From the NCBI RefSeq assembly GCF_001194135.2, contig NC_068988.1, forward strand, positions 5,291,913-5,355,912: a DNA stretch of 64,000 nucleotides, read 5' to 3'. Position numbers and translations under genes: made by a program. Numbering within the stretch: the first letter of the stretch is position 1; the number at the start of each line of letters is the position of its first letter. The notes under the pieces are model-generated. The model was not told the origin of the DNA, did no database searches, and saw only the letters and a list, made by a program, of their open reading frames with translations. This stretch comes from Octopus bimaculoides. Taxonomy: Eukaryota. Below are positions 1 through 12,870 of this stretch, in pieces.

Positions 1-715
1 TGTAGTTAAAGAGTTAAGGTGATGTGAAGTTGTCTAAACTATTTTCAAATACGAAGTTAATTGTTATTACAACTAACTTTCGTAATTAATACATACAGAA
101 ACGAAAGAATTGTGCTGCTAAAGTTGGTGGATAGTTATTAAATAAATACGCCAGACTACAACAATGATGCGTGCTGTATAATGATACATAGTTTTCTCTG
201 TGTTCTCTTAACAGATTACACATCATAAACAATTAGTGCTTTGGATTCTTCGGAAACAATAGATCAGGGAGTTAACGATTGAAGATAATGCTAGTTTAAA
301 TCCTGCTTAATGTTTGATAATATCAATAAAATGATAGGAATTGTACAGATGAATAGCGAATCAGTTTTTTAATTATTCAAATATAAGAAGAATTAACGAA
401 AAATATTTTTTCTTTATTTCAGGAGATTCCTACGAAAAGATAATTTACATCGCAGATATTATTAAAATATTAGAGGATATTGATCAATAATATTTTAATT
501 TCGATGCCGAAATAATAATGGAATCTAAAGTTTGCATAACACGGAAGTTTAATATAAAATCTTCCAGGATGTTCATGCCCGATCACCCTATCCTCCATGT
601 TGATTAAATTCTACTTCTTTGACAGAAGTCATGAAATTCAGTTTGTGTCTTGCAAACTAAATTGTTACCATCTTATAAGACCTGCAAGAAGGTCTTATAA
701 GATGGTAGGTGGATG

Positions 716-757
<42 letters not shown>
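716..757. repeat. (GATA)n microsatellite
   Basis: Direct reading. Confidence 0.95.
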
Positions 758-1541
758 AGGATTCCCTGAATATTAAATGTTAGCAATAGAAAGCAACATG
801 TATACATGTACTCATATGCACACCAGCACTTTGCCCATAAGAAACACGCAATGCGTGAGTATTGATTGTTTTGTTCAGGGTTAAGGTCTAAATACCTGAC
901 TAATCTACAAGGGAAAGGCTGAAGTAACCCAGTATAAGTACGCTACCAGATTTACATAGCTGGGTTTCAAAAAATTGTTTGTTGTTTTCTATATATAAAG
1001 ACAGAAGTTCCGCTTTAGCTGTCATTCACCGAAGAGGTATGTGCCACTGAAGAGGCGAAATCATGTTGAAAGGCCGTGTCTGGTAGTCTGCTAACATCTC
1101 TTAGATTTTGACTCGATGTGTATTTACACAAAAACTCTATAGGGAGAAATTCTTCTCCTAGATAAAATTCAGTAGCGAATATATTTCATATTCTGGTATA
1201 GAGAAGTGTATTAAAAATATATTTATACATCTTTACATCTTCGATACTTCGTATGCTTATTCTTTGTGTGTATGTATGTATACATGAATTTGTACGCATG
1301 CATATGCGTGTGTATTAGGAAAGTTTATGAAGATTTATGCATCTATTTCAGTGTGTGTATATCTAGCCGATTAATTGTAAGATGTGATATTTATTACAAA
1401 TTCGTCGATGTTTATTAACAGAATGAGCACATTTTAACGATATAACAAAGAGATATTCATCAGACTTGGAACACTTTAAAATAATGACTGTGTCATTTCT
1501 TGAAAGACACAGATAACTGAATGCCTCTCATATTTATTACA

Positions 1542-1585
1542 TATGTGTGTGTGTGTGTATGTGTGCGTATGTGTGTGTGTGCGTG

Positions 1586-1651
<66 letters not shown>

Positions 1652-1742
1652 TATATATATACATGCATATATGTATGTGTATAAGTATGTGTGTTTGTAT
1701 GCATGTATGCATATTATTATGTATGTATGTATGTATGTATGT
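1542..1742. repeat. Compound (TG)n/(TA)n/(TATG)n microsatellite
   Basis: Direct reading. Confidence 0.95.
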
Positions 1743-1863
1743 GCGGCCTAATTGGCATCACGAATCTGCTAATTGGTTATCGATAATTGACACACTAGCC
1801 TGAAGTACTTCGCGCGTGTGTTTATGGCTGCGTGATATGTGTGTGTGTGTATGTGTATTTGTA

Positions 1864-1952
1864 TATTAGGTTGGTACAAAAACAATTACCACTTTTGTTA
1901 TTAAAATTGACGCATATTTTGGAATAAACTTTTGTTTAACTATCTTCATATA

Positions 1953-1991
<39 letters not shown>

Positions 1992-1992
1992 G

Positions 1993-2027
<35 letters not shown>

Positions 2028-2935
2028 GCATATAAACATATATATACAGAGGGAGAGGAGAGACAGACAGAGACATTTAAAATATAAATAGACACAATTT
2101 TCGAAAGATTTATTTCTAGAAGCAAAATAATGTCATTTGATGCATTTAAATACTTAAGCAATAATCTCGTATTTAGTAGACATGCCTTGTGCATAATATC
2201 CTAACAAGTTTGTAGTATCAGACATTGTCTGCATAGATAAAACGACACGATGAGGCCTGTCAATTTAATTCTTAGATGTGTGTATATGATATGTATAATA
2301 TAGATGTATAAATATTAAATATATAATATACATATATAATAGATATTTTATATATAATAATTGTGTATATGTGTGTGTGCGCGCGTGCTTGTATTGTGGC
2401 TGTTAAATAATTAATGATAAAAGAAGTGAAATTTCAACAATTTTATTGGGTTGTAATTCGATCACCTGGTAGTAGAAATTGATTTCAATATCGATTAAGC
2501 ACTTGACCAGAGAAGCATCAATGAACAACCAAGCATAATTTGGTTCTCATGATGAGATGTCTAAACCGAGCTGAAGTGTCAAAACATTTCCCAAAACCGA
2601 AGCTCCACTAGAAGATCATAGCCAAAGTTTGATAGCCGACAAGTGACATTACCCTCAAATACTCCTTGAATTCTGACGAAACCATCAAATCAGGGAAGTT
2701 TTACCAAGAAATGGACAAAATGCACTAAGACCTGTTGTGTTTTAGCGCAGTTTGGTCAATCGAAAAAGAACAATTCTCCTTTATACCAAAGCCCTATTAT
2801 ATGTCTGGTAAATGACTATAAACTATAAAGAGACTACGATTCGAAACTCTACCACACAGTTTTACTTCCTAACCTTCTCTCTATCACCTTTTCAAGTATC
2901 TCCATTACTTACTGTATACAAAGGTCTCCAACATC
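1864..2935 (+). mobile_element. Degenerate mariner (Hsmar1/cecropia-like) relic interrupted by microsatellites
   Basis: TIR-like TATTAGGTTGGTACAAAAACAATT at ~1864. Broken transposase peptides at ~2580-2930 (KHFPKPKLH, YSLNSDETIKSGKFYQEMDKMH, SLVNRKRTILL, FETLPH). That both pieces belong to one element is inferred. Confidence 0.5.
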
Positions 2936-4629
2936 TAAGTAACAGCTCAAAACACTTTCAATAGATTCATTAGTTCCAAGACTCCAGAATTCTAGGATAT
3001 CGGAACAAATAGACTTTTTTGGCAAAATATGTATATTGTAATGTTTATTTCAATTAGGAAGCTGAGATATTGTGTTTTAAAATTGTGTGTTAACAAGCGA
3101 AAATGCTTCTGCTGCACCAACCCTATCGTCGTGCGCTGTGGAAGAGTCATAACAGAAGACTGCCCTTTAATCACTCTCGGTCGCATTTCTTGGCAATAAC
3201 TTCATCTTGAACTCCATAAATTGAAAGTTTTATCTTGTTCTGGCAAAATATTATATTCTAATATTGGCACAAGCTCAGTCATTATAGGAGAAGGTGCGTA
3301 TAAAAAAACCTTTCCAGTAAAACCAATTTTATCGACTCGGGAAGTAGGGAAGAGAAATCCAATCCGGGAAGTATTTGAAGTCAAGACGTAAAAAAGAAAA
3401 TTGAGGAGAGTATAAACAACCCTTAAATATTTTTAGTTAGTTCAAAATATTTGAAATCGTGTAAAATGGATTTCCCGAAAGCGTTAATGTAGACGGCTTC
3501 GTTATACAGCTTGTATTTAATAGTTACATTTAGCCGTCGGCTTCTGTAGAAGATTGGGAGAGGTGACTTATATTCACAAGGTAATCGATTATAGAAGGAA
3601 TGCATTTGGGATATTATCGATCAAGATAGATAAAAACGTCTCAATGGAACTTAGTTACCTGAAGGTAAGAGAGATAGATGGCGCCGTACAAAATGTATTC
3701 AAGTGTTTAGTTATGTATCTTTACGTTCTGAGTTCAAATTTTGTCGACGATTTAATCGAATATAAATAATCAATTTAATAGACCAGAATCGATTAAAATT
3801 GATTGTTCCTACCCCAACACCACATTTGTGGTCTCGTGTCAGTATTTTCGGAAATCGTAAAATTTTGACTTTTTCTAAGATCGATAGTTTACCGACAAAT
3901 GAAATGTTTAGAAAATTGTGCCCTTATTTCTGGCTATGATTTACTTAGTATGCCATCGCCTCCATGAAGTAAGTACCAGCAAAATGTTGGGAACAATCTA
4001 ATCGACCATCACCCTCATTTCCTAATATATGATCTGGTGCCTCTGCTAGAAATTATTATTGCTAAAGAACTTGCCACGTTCTGCGTGTGACAGTATGTGT
4101 ATTGATATGACTGACCTTACATACATCTCTATATATACAAATACAGACATGCTTACATGCATACATAAACACAAACAATTAGAAATAGGCGAAGATCATG
4201 GGGATACACACGCACACACATATATATACACACGCATACAAATGTAGAACAACATGGCCGACAACAATGGCAACGGCGGAGGCGGTAGCAGACGAAATGT
4301 GTTAAGCGACAGAAACACCAGCACCGACAGCAACGACCGGAGATGACCAGCGCTACGGCCGGAGATGGCCAGCGAAGCTACCAGTCCTAGGCCCAGAATT
4401 AACAGCGACGGCATGTAGAACACCATCGGCAACAGCAGCAACAACACCAACACTATGGCTGGCGATGACCACTGCAACAGCAACAATTACAGTGATATCG
4501 CCAGACTCCACGCCCTGTAATAATAGCACCGATGACAGCTCCAATAACAGCAGCGGTAACAACTCCAGGCGCGGGGCCTACGGAAGATACACCATAGGCG
4601 TGAACACAACCAGCATTCAAATTCGGAGA

Positions 4630-4900
4630 TGCATCGAGTCAGCCGGAACTGCCTTTAAACGGCACCTATACAACCACAGATTCTTTTTTAGGGTTCCGGA
4701 AAGACGTCCTTGGCCAGCCACGTGTGGCATCTTAAGGATGAAGGAACTCCATACGAAACTAAATTGAGGATCTTAGAGCAGCCAGAGTCCAGTATAAACG
4801 GGGGCTGACGATGCAAGCTTTGCAGAGTAGGGTGGGCAAAATAGGAGTCCATATGCTTTTAATCCACAGATTGTTCCTTATAAACCGTAAATGCGAGGAG
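4630..4900 (+). mobile_element. Penelope-like element GIY-YIG endonuclease remnant
   Basis: Frameshifted peptides CIESAGTAFKRHLYNHRFFF / LASHVWHLKDEGTPYETKLRIL / CKLC resemble the PLE GIY-YIG C-terminal pattern FKxRYNNHxxSF...LSKxIWxLK...CxLC. Confidence 0.5.
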
Positions 4901-6083
4901 ATTCATCAATCAATTGGTTGGTGTATTTATCACAGAGTATAATACCAATCAGACGGAATAATTAAGACGATGTCGTTACATCCTTCATTCAAAGTTATGA
5001 TTGATTTGAAGGACTATAGGAACCAGTCCATTTCTATATACATTGATTTGTACAAATAAAACTCATACAATAATCAATTCATTAATCAATTAATGAAAAG
5101 TTTGCCCTTTGTCATTTTTATCTGACCTTAAAGTTATGGTAAATTTTGAGAATTTCCAACAAACATATATTGTGGTGGATGTGGAGCTGCGGAGTATCAG
5201 ACTTACAAACATTAAGTATTCCTCAATCTTAGAATAATTCAGCGGACGGCGGTTGTAGAGAAGTGACATTAAAATTTACCTCCTTTGATTTTGTATAAAC
5301 TCGCCAATGCCACAGTCCTGAGGTGTCAAGAAGTCATCAACTTTAATTTTATGTTTGTACATTGAATAGTAGAGAGAAAGGAATTTTTCTATAGAAGCAG
5401 AGTTACCAAGATATTGGTGTTTGCTATTATATATTTGCCATTATAATTACAAAGCGGCAGTAATGGAAAATAAGTTGATACAAAGGAGAGATTTAAAAGT
5501 AGTTAAATTCAGAAAAAACGAGACGGCTTTTTTTGAAGGGCTGCATATATTGCCTACCTTTATAATCAACGTAATTCAATATCATTGTAGTAAACCTAAT
5601 ATTATCAAGAATTACTTGAAATATACATAGAAACCAATCTGTATGGTGATGAAATGGTTCCTATAGACATTTGAAACAACCGTAACCTTGAATAAAGTTA
5701 TGTAACACTTTTCTTATTTCCATAATGTTTCCAGAACATCTCTCAAAACACGAAAGTAAAATTATTGTATTCGTTATTGTATTAATTTGAATATATTTGC
5801 CAATAACTTTTTCCCTTTTATTTGTTATAAGTGACAACCATTCTGAATATTTATATGTGTATGGGTGTGTATGCATTCTGGTGGGGATACACTTAATCTG
5901 ATATACCCCACCTCAAATTCTTGTGTACCTTTGAAGAAGTTCACTCTGTTGAAAGGACTCGGACCCCGGTCCCTCATCTTAGGATAACTTCCTTTCTACT
6001 TCCCTTCAAATTCGAAGACTGAAAAATAAAGGGACATAAGCCCACCATTGCCGTCCCTCGCTAAGCGCTAAATGTGTGTGTGT

Positions 6084-6118
<35 letters not shown>

Positions 6119-6713
6119 AGTGTGTGTGTGTGTCTTTCTGAGTTTTATATAGAGTTCTGTATAGATTGTAAACGATAATATCAATGGTTATGTCAACCAT
6201 AAAATGCCAAATTGTACTTAATATTATAACATACGTAGACTCACTCATTATCATTGCACAGCACTCGAATTTTTAGCATGATTAATTTTAAAAGTTACCG
6301 TCTACTAACTTAGCTAACATAGACCTGTCATGCGATAAATTTAGTCAGAAAATTCACTTCACATTTCTGACTACCGTAACACATTTTCAGATATATTTCT
6401 GGATATTTGGCAACAGAATTTCTTGATAGTAACATTTACTACACATAAATTAGTGTAAGGTTCACTAGAGACGAAGATGCAGCAAAAAGTGGCCAGCCAC
6501 CAATAAAATATAGTTGAGTTTAGATGTGCTTTGATTGCATTTAATTTTTATCAATAGTATATCGAACCCCAAAAAGAAAACAATGTGCTCTCTGAAGGCA
6601 TAGGTCTCTATATGATTCCAATCCGAGACTGACACCATTTTACTCTATTTACACCGATAATGCCTTTCACAAACTATGAATGTCACACTTTCTATTCAGT
6701 GTAATCATAGAGC

Positions 6714-7100
6714 GTGGAGGCGCAATGGCCCAGTGGTTAGGGCAGCGGACTCGCGGTCATAGGATCGCGGTTTCGATTCCCAGACCGGACGTTGTGAGTA
6801 TTTATTGAGCGAAAACACCTAAAGCTCCACGAGGCTCCGGCAGGGGATGGTGGTGAACCCTGCCGTACTCTTTCACCACAACTTTCTCTCACTCTTTCTT
6901 CCTGTTTCTGTTGTGCCTGTAATTCAAAGGGTCAACCTTGTCACACTGCGTCACGCTGAATATCCCTGAGAACTACGTTAAGGGTACACGTGTCTGTGGA
7001 GTGCTCAGCCACTTGCACGTTAATTTCACGAGCAGGCTGTTCCGTTGATCGGATCAACTGGAATCCTCGACGTCGTAAGCGACGGAGTGCCAACAACAAC
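6714..7100 (+). mobile_element. tRNA-derived SINE, family A, full length with 11-bp TSD
   Basis: A-box TGGCCCAGTGG, B-box GTTTCGATTCC, (CAA)n tail. TSD AATCATAGAGC at 6703-6713 and 7101-7111. Near-identical copies at 9892 and 32596. Confidence 0.9.
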
Positions 7101-7560
7101 AATCATAGAGCAAAAATAAAATGATCTTTTTTTTATTAATGAAGTCGTGAGGGTCTTAGTGTTTAACAATAGAACTGATGGAATATACCTCAGGGGAGTG
7201 TTACGGGCACCAAATACACATACAATAGAGTTTTATTTCCATATTAGTGTGAGCCGAAAAACTTTGAATAACTAAGATTTCTCATACAATTAATAAATAA
7301 AATCTCCCCCGAGAGGTGTTTAAATGTAAAAAGAGAAAAAACAACCAGGAAACTGGAAAATGAAATCAAATACATAATGCTCTATTAACACGTATTATTT
7401 GGCCCCATCGCAGGACTGCTGAGGAATTATTTGATATTACAAATATTTCTTAAGTTTGATACTTATAGCAGCTGTGAAAAAGCACAGTTCAATAGTTGTA
7501 ATTGTACATTTTCACACAGTCTCTAACGATACAATTGACACATTTTAATATGAGAATTAT

Positions 7561-7617
7561 TGTTTGCTTACCCTCTCATCAAAAATTGTTTGCTTACCCT
7601 CTCATCAAAAATTGTTT
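7561..7617. repeat. 26-bp perfect tandem duplication
   Basis: TGTTTGCTTACCCTCTCATCAAAAAT twice (7561, 7587). Confidence 0.95.
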
Positions 7618-8089
7618 AGAATTTAAATATAGCTTAGAAAAAGCTTCTAAAGATGTAGTTTTAAAATTGTAATAAAGCAGTGTCTTGGTGTGCGTGTGTG
7701 TATTTTTCTTCTAGAACAGTTATGTATATATGTATTGACAGCGGTGTGGTAACGGTGGCGGGAAAGATGCTGTCTGTGAGCTGTTTACATTTTTGTGAAT
7801 CTTCCATGGCAAGGTTTGGATGGTTTCCGATGTCATTTCATAATCGAATGATATAAAAATTGTAATAACACTATTTGTGACAGACACTTTCTAACTAAAA
7901 CGTACATGCTATGAAAGTTGCTTAGCTGTGAAATTAAATTTTGATACACTTATATAAGCAATACGATTTTCTCGAGTAGCATCGAATAGATATTGGTTTA
8001 AATACGCAAACTAAGTGAATATATTAGAATACCTACCACACATATTTGGTAGTGAAAAACAAGGATGATTAAAGGTTTTTCTCGAGCCA

Positions 8090-8325
8090 TAACCTCATAA
8101 AACCTGTCTCCTGGATCCTGTGGCGTTTGTATTTCACGTCGTCCCTGGACAGAACGCTGGTCCATCACAGTATTATTCCAATTTTTCCGGCTGAATGAAC
8201 TGGAGCAACGTGAAACGAGGTGTTTTATTCAATAACACAACACATCGCTCGGTCCAGGAATCGCTTGCACAACCTTACAAATATGAGTATAACATGCTAT
8301 CCGCTAAGCTACGCATTTCCACCAT
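8090..8325 (-). mobile_element. Diverged tRNA-derived SINE (separate family)
   Basis: Reverse strand has a decayed tRNA-like head and the core AACACCTCGTTTCACGTTGCTCCAGTTCA, typical of SINE central domains. Confidence 0.4.
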
Positions 8326-8872
8326 ATTTGGCAATAATCTAGGTGTTAATGTTATTGTTTTTATCATTGTCAGCCTAGACTGTCGAAGTATATTTCCGCA
8401 GAGGGGAAAAGTATATTTCATAATATTGTCTGGATAAAGATGTGCTGCTGAGCAAAAGTTTAAGATAAACTAACAGAAAAAGCATGTTTTCGATCTTGGG
8501 AGAATGAGGTCAAACATTGGGGAAAATATTGGAACTCATAGTTTTGAATGGTCCTTTTAAGCCAGTAGTCCTATCTTTGTCCTATTTATGTGTTTATGTG
8601 TGAATGTACGTATTTATGTGTTTATTTGCATGAAATAACTTTATTGTTTTGAAATCTTCCTTCAAGAAAGGAGGTAGTTTCTGCAAATTCCGCGACTGGA
8701 ATTTATCAGTGAAGTTGTGAAACATTCTTTAATGAGATCTTTTTTTCGTCGTATGGCTTTTCATTTATGTGATTGTGTTTTCTTTCATATATGTGTCGAA
8801 ATATACGCGCTCGTGCGCGTGTGTACAGCTATCTTTGTTTGTGTGTGCGAACTGATTCGACAACTGAAAGTC

Positions 8873-9603
8873 ATGGAACAAAATCGTTCCGCCATTGTTG
8901 TTTTGGTGCGCTGCAGGCACACCAACGAAAAAATTGTTAGCTTGACGAAACTTTCAAAAGCGACAGTTTATCGTGTGTATAAGCAATTTAAAGAAGAGGG
9001 AAAGATTGATAGAAAAGAACACAATCGAAGTGATTCCAAGCGCAACCCAAAGTTTCTCGCTGGCTTGAAACACTCGATTGAAGCCACCCCATCCACATTC
9101 ATGAAAACTCTTGCAAAGAAACGCAATGTATCCCTTTCTACTGTATTAGAGCTGTGGACAGGAACCTTGGCATAACTAGTTATGTTCCACGACGCGGTCA
9201 CCTCCTAACAGCCAAGGACAGAGCAATCAGAGCCGAGAGATTCCCAAAGCTTCTGTCATTCATCAAGCATCAAGGTGCAGGAAAAATTCTCGTGTTTGTG
9301 GACGAGGAGGTGGACGCTGAGGTGAATCTCAGAAGTTCTCGACTGATTGCATACCCTTCTGACGTCCCCACTATGTTTGAGACAAAAAATCCTGCCCCTG
9401 AGATGGTATTTGGAGCTGTGGCGAGTGATAGAAGTGTCATGAATCCACACTTCATTGAGTCTGGCTTGAAGATCGGCAACAAAGAAGACATCTTGGAGAA
9501 CTCTCTTTTACCTTGGATAGAGCAGAAATTTGAGCTCGACAATGTGGTGCTTATCTAGGATTCTGCACCATGCCATGGGTCAAAAGCAACACAGGCATTC
9601 CTA
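8873..9603 (+). mobile_element. Tc1/mariner transposase pseudogene, maT/DD37D-like, 3' truncated
   Basis: MEQNRSAIV...LSKATVYRVYKQFKEEGKIDRK HTH. After a frameshift: ILVFVDE (1st Asp), MVFGAVASD, PHFIESGLKI, VLI*DSAPCH (2nd Asp). Ends at an R4-like insertion. Confidence 0.85.
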
Positions 9604-9854
9604 TGACAGTACATGGTTTCCCTTGTCTGTCCCAAGCAACAATATCCGTCTTGTTATGTTTACACTTTATAGATGTTTTGATGGGAATGTTCCACCAGTA
9701 TTCCATGTACTGGTATTTGTGTGCGTATCCAATAACTGGAAGATTCTCTATATTTATTCCAGGACAGTCTTTTTTCCGAGTGGCATTGTATATTGTTTTT
9801 GCGACCACGTCATGTTGCATAGGGAAGCAGCACTTTGATGACATTTTGGGGCAG
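9604..9854 (-). mobile_element. R4/Dong-like RLE retrotransposon 3' fragment
   Basis: Minus-strand CPKMSSKCCFPMQHDVVAKTIYN...YWWNIPIKTSIKCKHNKTDIVAWD covers the CCHC end plus the PD-(D/E)xK endonuclease motif. Homologous to the copies at 21715 and 51025. Confidence 0.75.
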
Positions 9855-9891
9855 TATGTATGTATGTACGTACGTATGTATGTATGTATAT

Positions 9892-10279
9892 GTGGAGGCG
9901 CAATGGCCCAGTGGTTAGGACAGCGGACTCGCGGTCGTAGGATCGCGGTTTCAATTCCCAAATCGGGCGTTGTGAGTGTTTATTGATCGAATACACCTAA
10001 AGCTCCACGAGGCTCCGGCAGGGGATGGTGGCGAATCCTGCTGTACTCTTCTACCACGACTTTCTCTCACTCTTACTTCCTGTTTCTGTTGTGCCTGTAA
10101 TTCAAAGGGTCAGCCTTGTCACACTGTGTCACGCTGAATATCCCCGAGAACTACGTTAAGGGTACACGTATCTGTGGAGTGCTCAGCCACTTGCACGTTA
10201 ATTTCACGAGCAGGCTGTTCCATTGATCGGATCAACTGAAACTCTCGACGTCGTAAGCGACGGAGTGCCAACAACAACA
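9892..10279 (+). mobile_element. tRNA-derived SINE, family A, inserted in (TATG)n
   Basis: Same head, body and (CAA)n tail as 6714-7100, with (TATG)n on both sides. Confidence 0.9.
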
Positions 10280-10379
10280 TGCATGTATGTATGTATGTAT
10301 GTATGTATGTATGTATTAGTGTGTGAGAGAGAAGAGAGAAAAAGAGAGAGAGAGATTATTTGGTGATGCAAACACATAA

Positions 10380-10800
10380 ACGTTATTGACTCAGTATTTT
10401 GCAGGAAATGTGTATAAACTGACAAATATTTATGTATGAGATGAAATGGGATTAAAAGCCAGATCTCGGTTTTGTTCGGTTGACCCTTTAGACGAGTGAG
10501 CATGCTGCAAAGAAATGCAATGACTACAATTATTTTAATCGGTATAAATCGTCGACTGTTATCTCCGATGCTCTTTTGAGTCTTATGTGGGTAAGTGCAG
10601 ACACGTGGAAATTCATTCATTCTTCTGTGAGAGAGAATCCCAGATAATCTCAGTAAGCATTATACGTTTCTCACCCACTGACTACCATTTGTTAAGCATT
10701 TGAATACATTGTTAAGTGATAAAACTTTCCGGTCCAAACCAGAGATGGAATCAGCTTTCAAAGCTTTCTTAGCATCAAAGCCCAATAAGTTTTTATCAAC
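10380..10800 (-). mobile_element. Highly degenerate non-LTR RT N-terminal fragment (R2/NeSL-like?)
   Basis: Minus-strand KKALKADSISGLDR...FKCLTN...YPHKTQKSIGDNSRRFIPIKII...SMLTRL follows the order SPGxDG...LIPK...NxRPI of RT domains 0-1. Weak match. Confidence 0.35.
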
Positions 10801-12870
10801 GATGCATAAATAATCTCGTTGATCAATGGCAGAGATGCATCGATGTTCACGGCTCATATTTTGACTAATCAAAACATTTCTATTGTTAATTTTCCCAAAA
10901 TGAAATTATGTTTTTGAAATCGGCCATTATTTTCGGAACAACCCAATACCTTGGCCCAATCTTAAACTCTGCATTCGACGAGTTATAAGCAGAACATTAT
11001 CTATTATGTTTCCCTTGTTTACATTCTTCCGCTGCGGTGCTACCACTTCCCCGCTCTGCTACCAGTTGCAACAAAAGTCTATCAAGATATCGGTAATCAA
11101 GTCTGGCATATATACATAAATCCCATTGAGCAGATCATGTACAACTATTTGCTGCCATCCCATATCTCACTTGCTGTTATTGCTTTTCCATAACACTCGA
11201 TACCTTCAATCAAAATAATACCACACGGCAGATCATCAAGGTAGTCATTATAGCCTCCGACCCACCGTCTGCCCGGCACATTTGAGCAACAATGCTGCTG
11301 GAGAGTTGCACGAATTTGCTTGAATCGAACAGTTCGTTCCCATTTCGGTCCATTCCATCACTTCCATAGTTTCTTCGATCTTAAAGGCACAAGGTAACTA
11401 CAAGCCAGATAGTAGCAACTGCGAATCTCTGGTCACCCGCTCAGCCGTCTCCTCTGTTGTCGCTGCTCTTTATGAGGTCATCACAAGATCCACGGTTGTA
11501 CATATTGGCCATTATTGAACTTTATGGACAACTATAAACAAGAAAACAAGTATATGTGGTGTGTGTGTGTGTATGTGTTTGTGTTTGTGAATATAAATGC
11601 TTATAAGCGTATGCACGTGTTTAATGGATATATTCTGTGAATTTATAGAAGTATAAAGATCTGTTCACGCTTCAGACAAGGTGGCCATTTAAGTGGAATC
11701 ATAATTATGTCAACCATAGAATGAAGGATCTCTTTAGAAACAGATGCATTTTTATTTTAGGTATTTATTCTTACAATACAATGCATTCTGATGGTAAATA
11801 GGAACCTTCAAAAATCTGATAATAGAAATTAGAATATGTTGTAAACATCTGTTTCTACAAAAGAGAGTGTGTAATGTATTAGAGCATAAAATTCATTAGG
11901 CGTGTAATATCGGAAGATTTCTTCAAGGATAACATTACTTCTGCAACCATGAAATAGATGTGTTGAAGATATTTATGAAAACGTCTGTAAATAATGATAA
12001 TGGTTCAACAAATCTCTTCCGCCCAATGCCATTCAATTGAAAATGATATTTATCCTTTCCACTCAGAGAGAAACGTATAAACTTAAGCAAGTCATTCGTA
12101 AAAGGTTAATACAAGTTACCATTCAGTCATGGCAATGCTGACTGCGTCTAAGAGTAATTTTGTTCTGAACATTTCTGTTTTTCAACAATAAACGGTCCAC
12201 TCATTAATTCTTTAGCAAGTTCAGTGAATCTGTGCTGCCCTGAGATGGTCTAATAAGATTGAAACACGTCGCAGTTTGTCTCCCTTACTTTCAGAAATAC
12301 ATATTAATCAATGGCTAATATTTCTTACAGATTAATTTTTTTAATTGTTTCTTCTATACTTTCCCCATTGGCTACGACATTATAAATTCACTGGCATCAA
12401 AGTAATAATTTATTCTCTGATCTGATCCCTTTTTATATTTCTACAGCCACAAATACACATTCTCATAGAATTATTTAGAAACTCTCCCATCACTATTTCG
12501 ATAAACACGATTAAGTCTATTCTTTCTTGAACTAAATAAAATCGAAACCTGCCGGCATTTTCGTGCATATTTGCTGAAAGAACTAAAATAATTCGGCTAA
12601 TGATAAATATTCATTTATCTTCACTCCATTATCTTTTTGTAGTTAGCTTCATTACGCTGCCAATATTAAATGTGATAATTACTAAATTAACTATTTTTAG
12701 CATACCGATTGCGCTTAGGAGTAATTCATTTTCTTTACATCTTATTTCTGACCTGGACGTGTCACCAGGCTCGCTCCTCCTCTCGACACATATGATGTAC
12801 CGACTCTTATCGCCAATATTTCCACATCAGGATGCCAACTTTCTAGAATTAACCTCTTTTCCCATATTTT

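Noticed and set aside
4196-4767. Overlapping low-complexity ORFs (e.g. 4465-4767) as a host gene
   Set aside because: No splice structure or homology. The CAA/CAG-rich tract has stops in several frames and the 3' part is a Penelope endonuclease relic.
6714-6790. tRNA gene calls for SINE heads (also 9892, 32596, 47823, 13080)
   Set aside because: They have A/B boxes but no closed acceptor stem, and they continue into repeated SINE bodies with TSDs.
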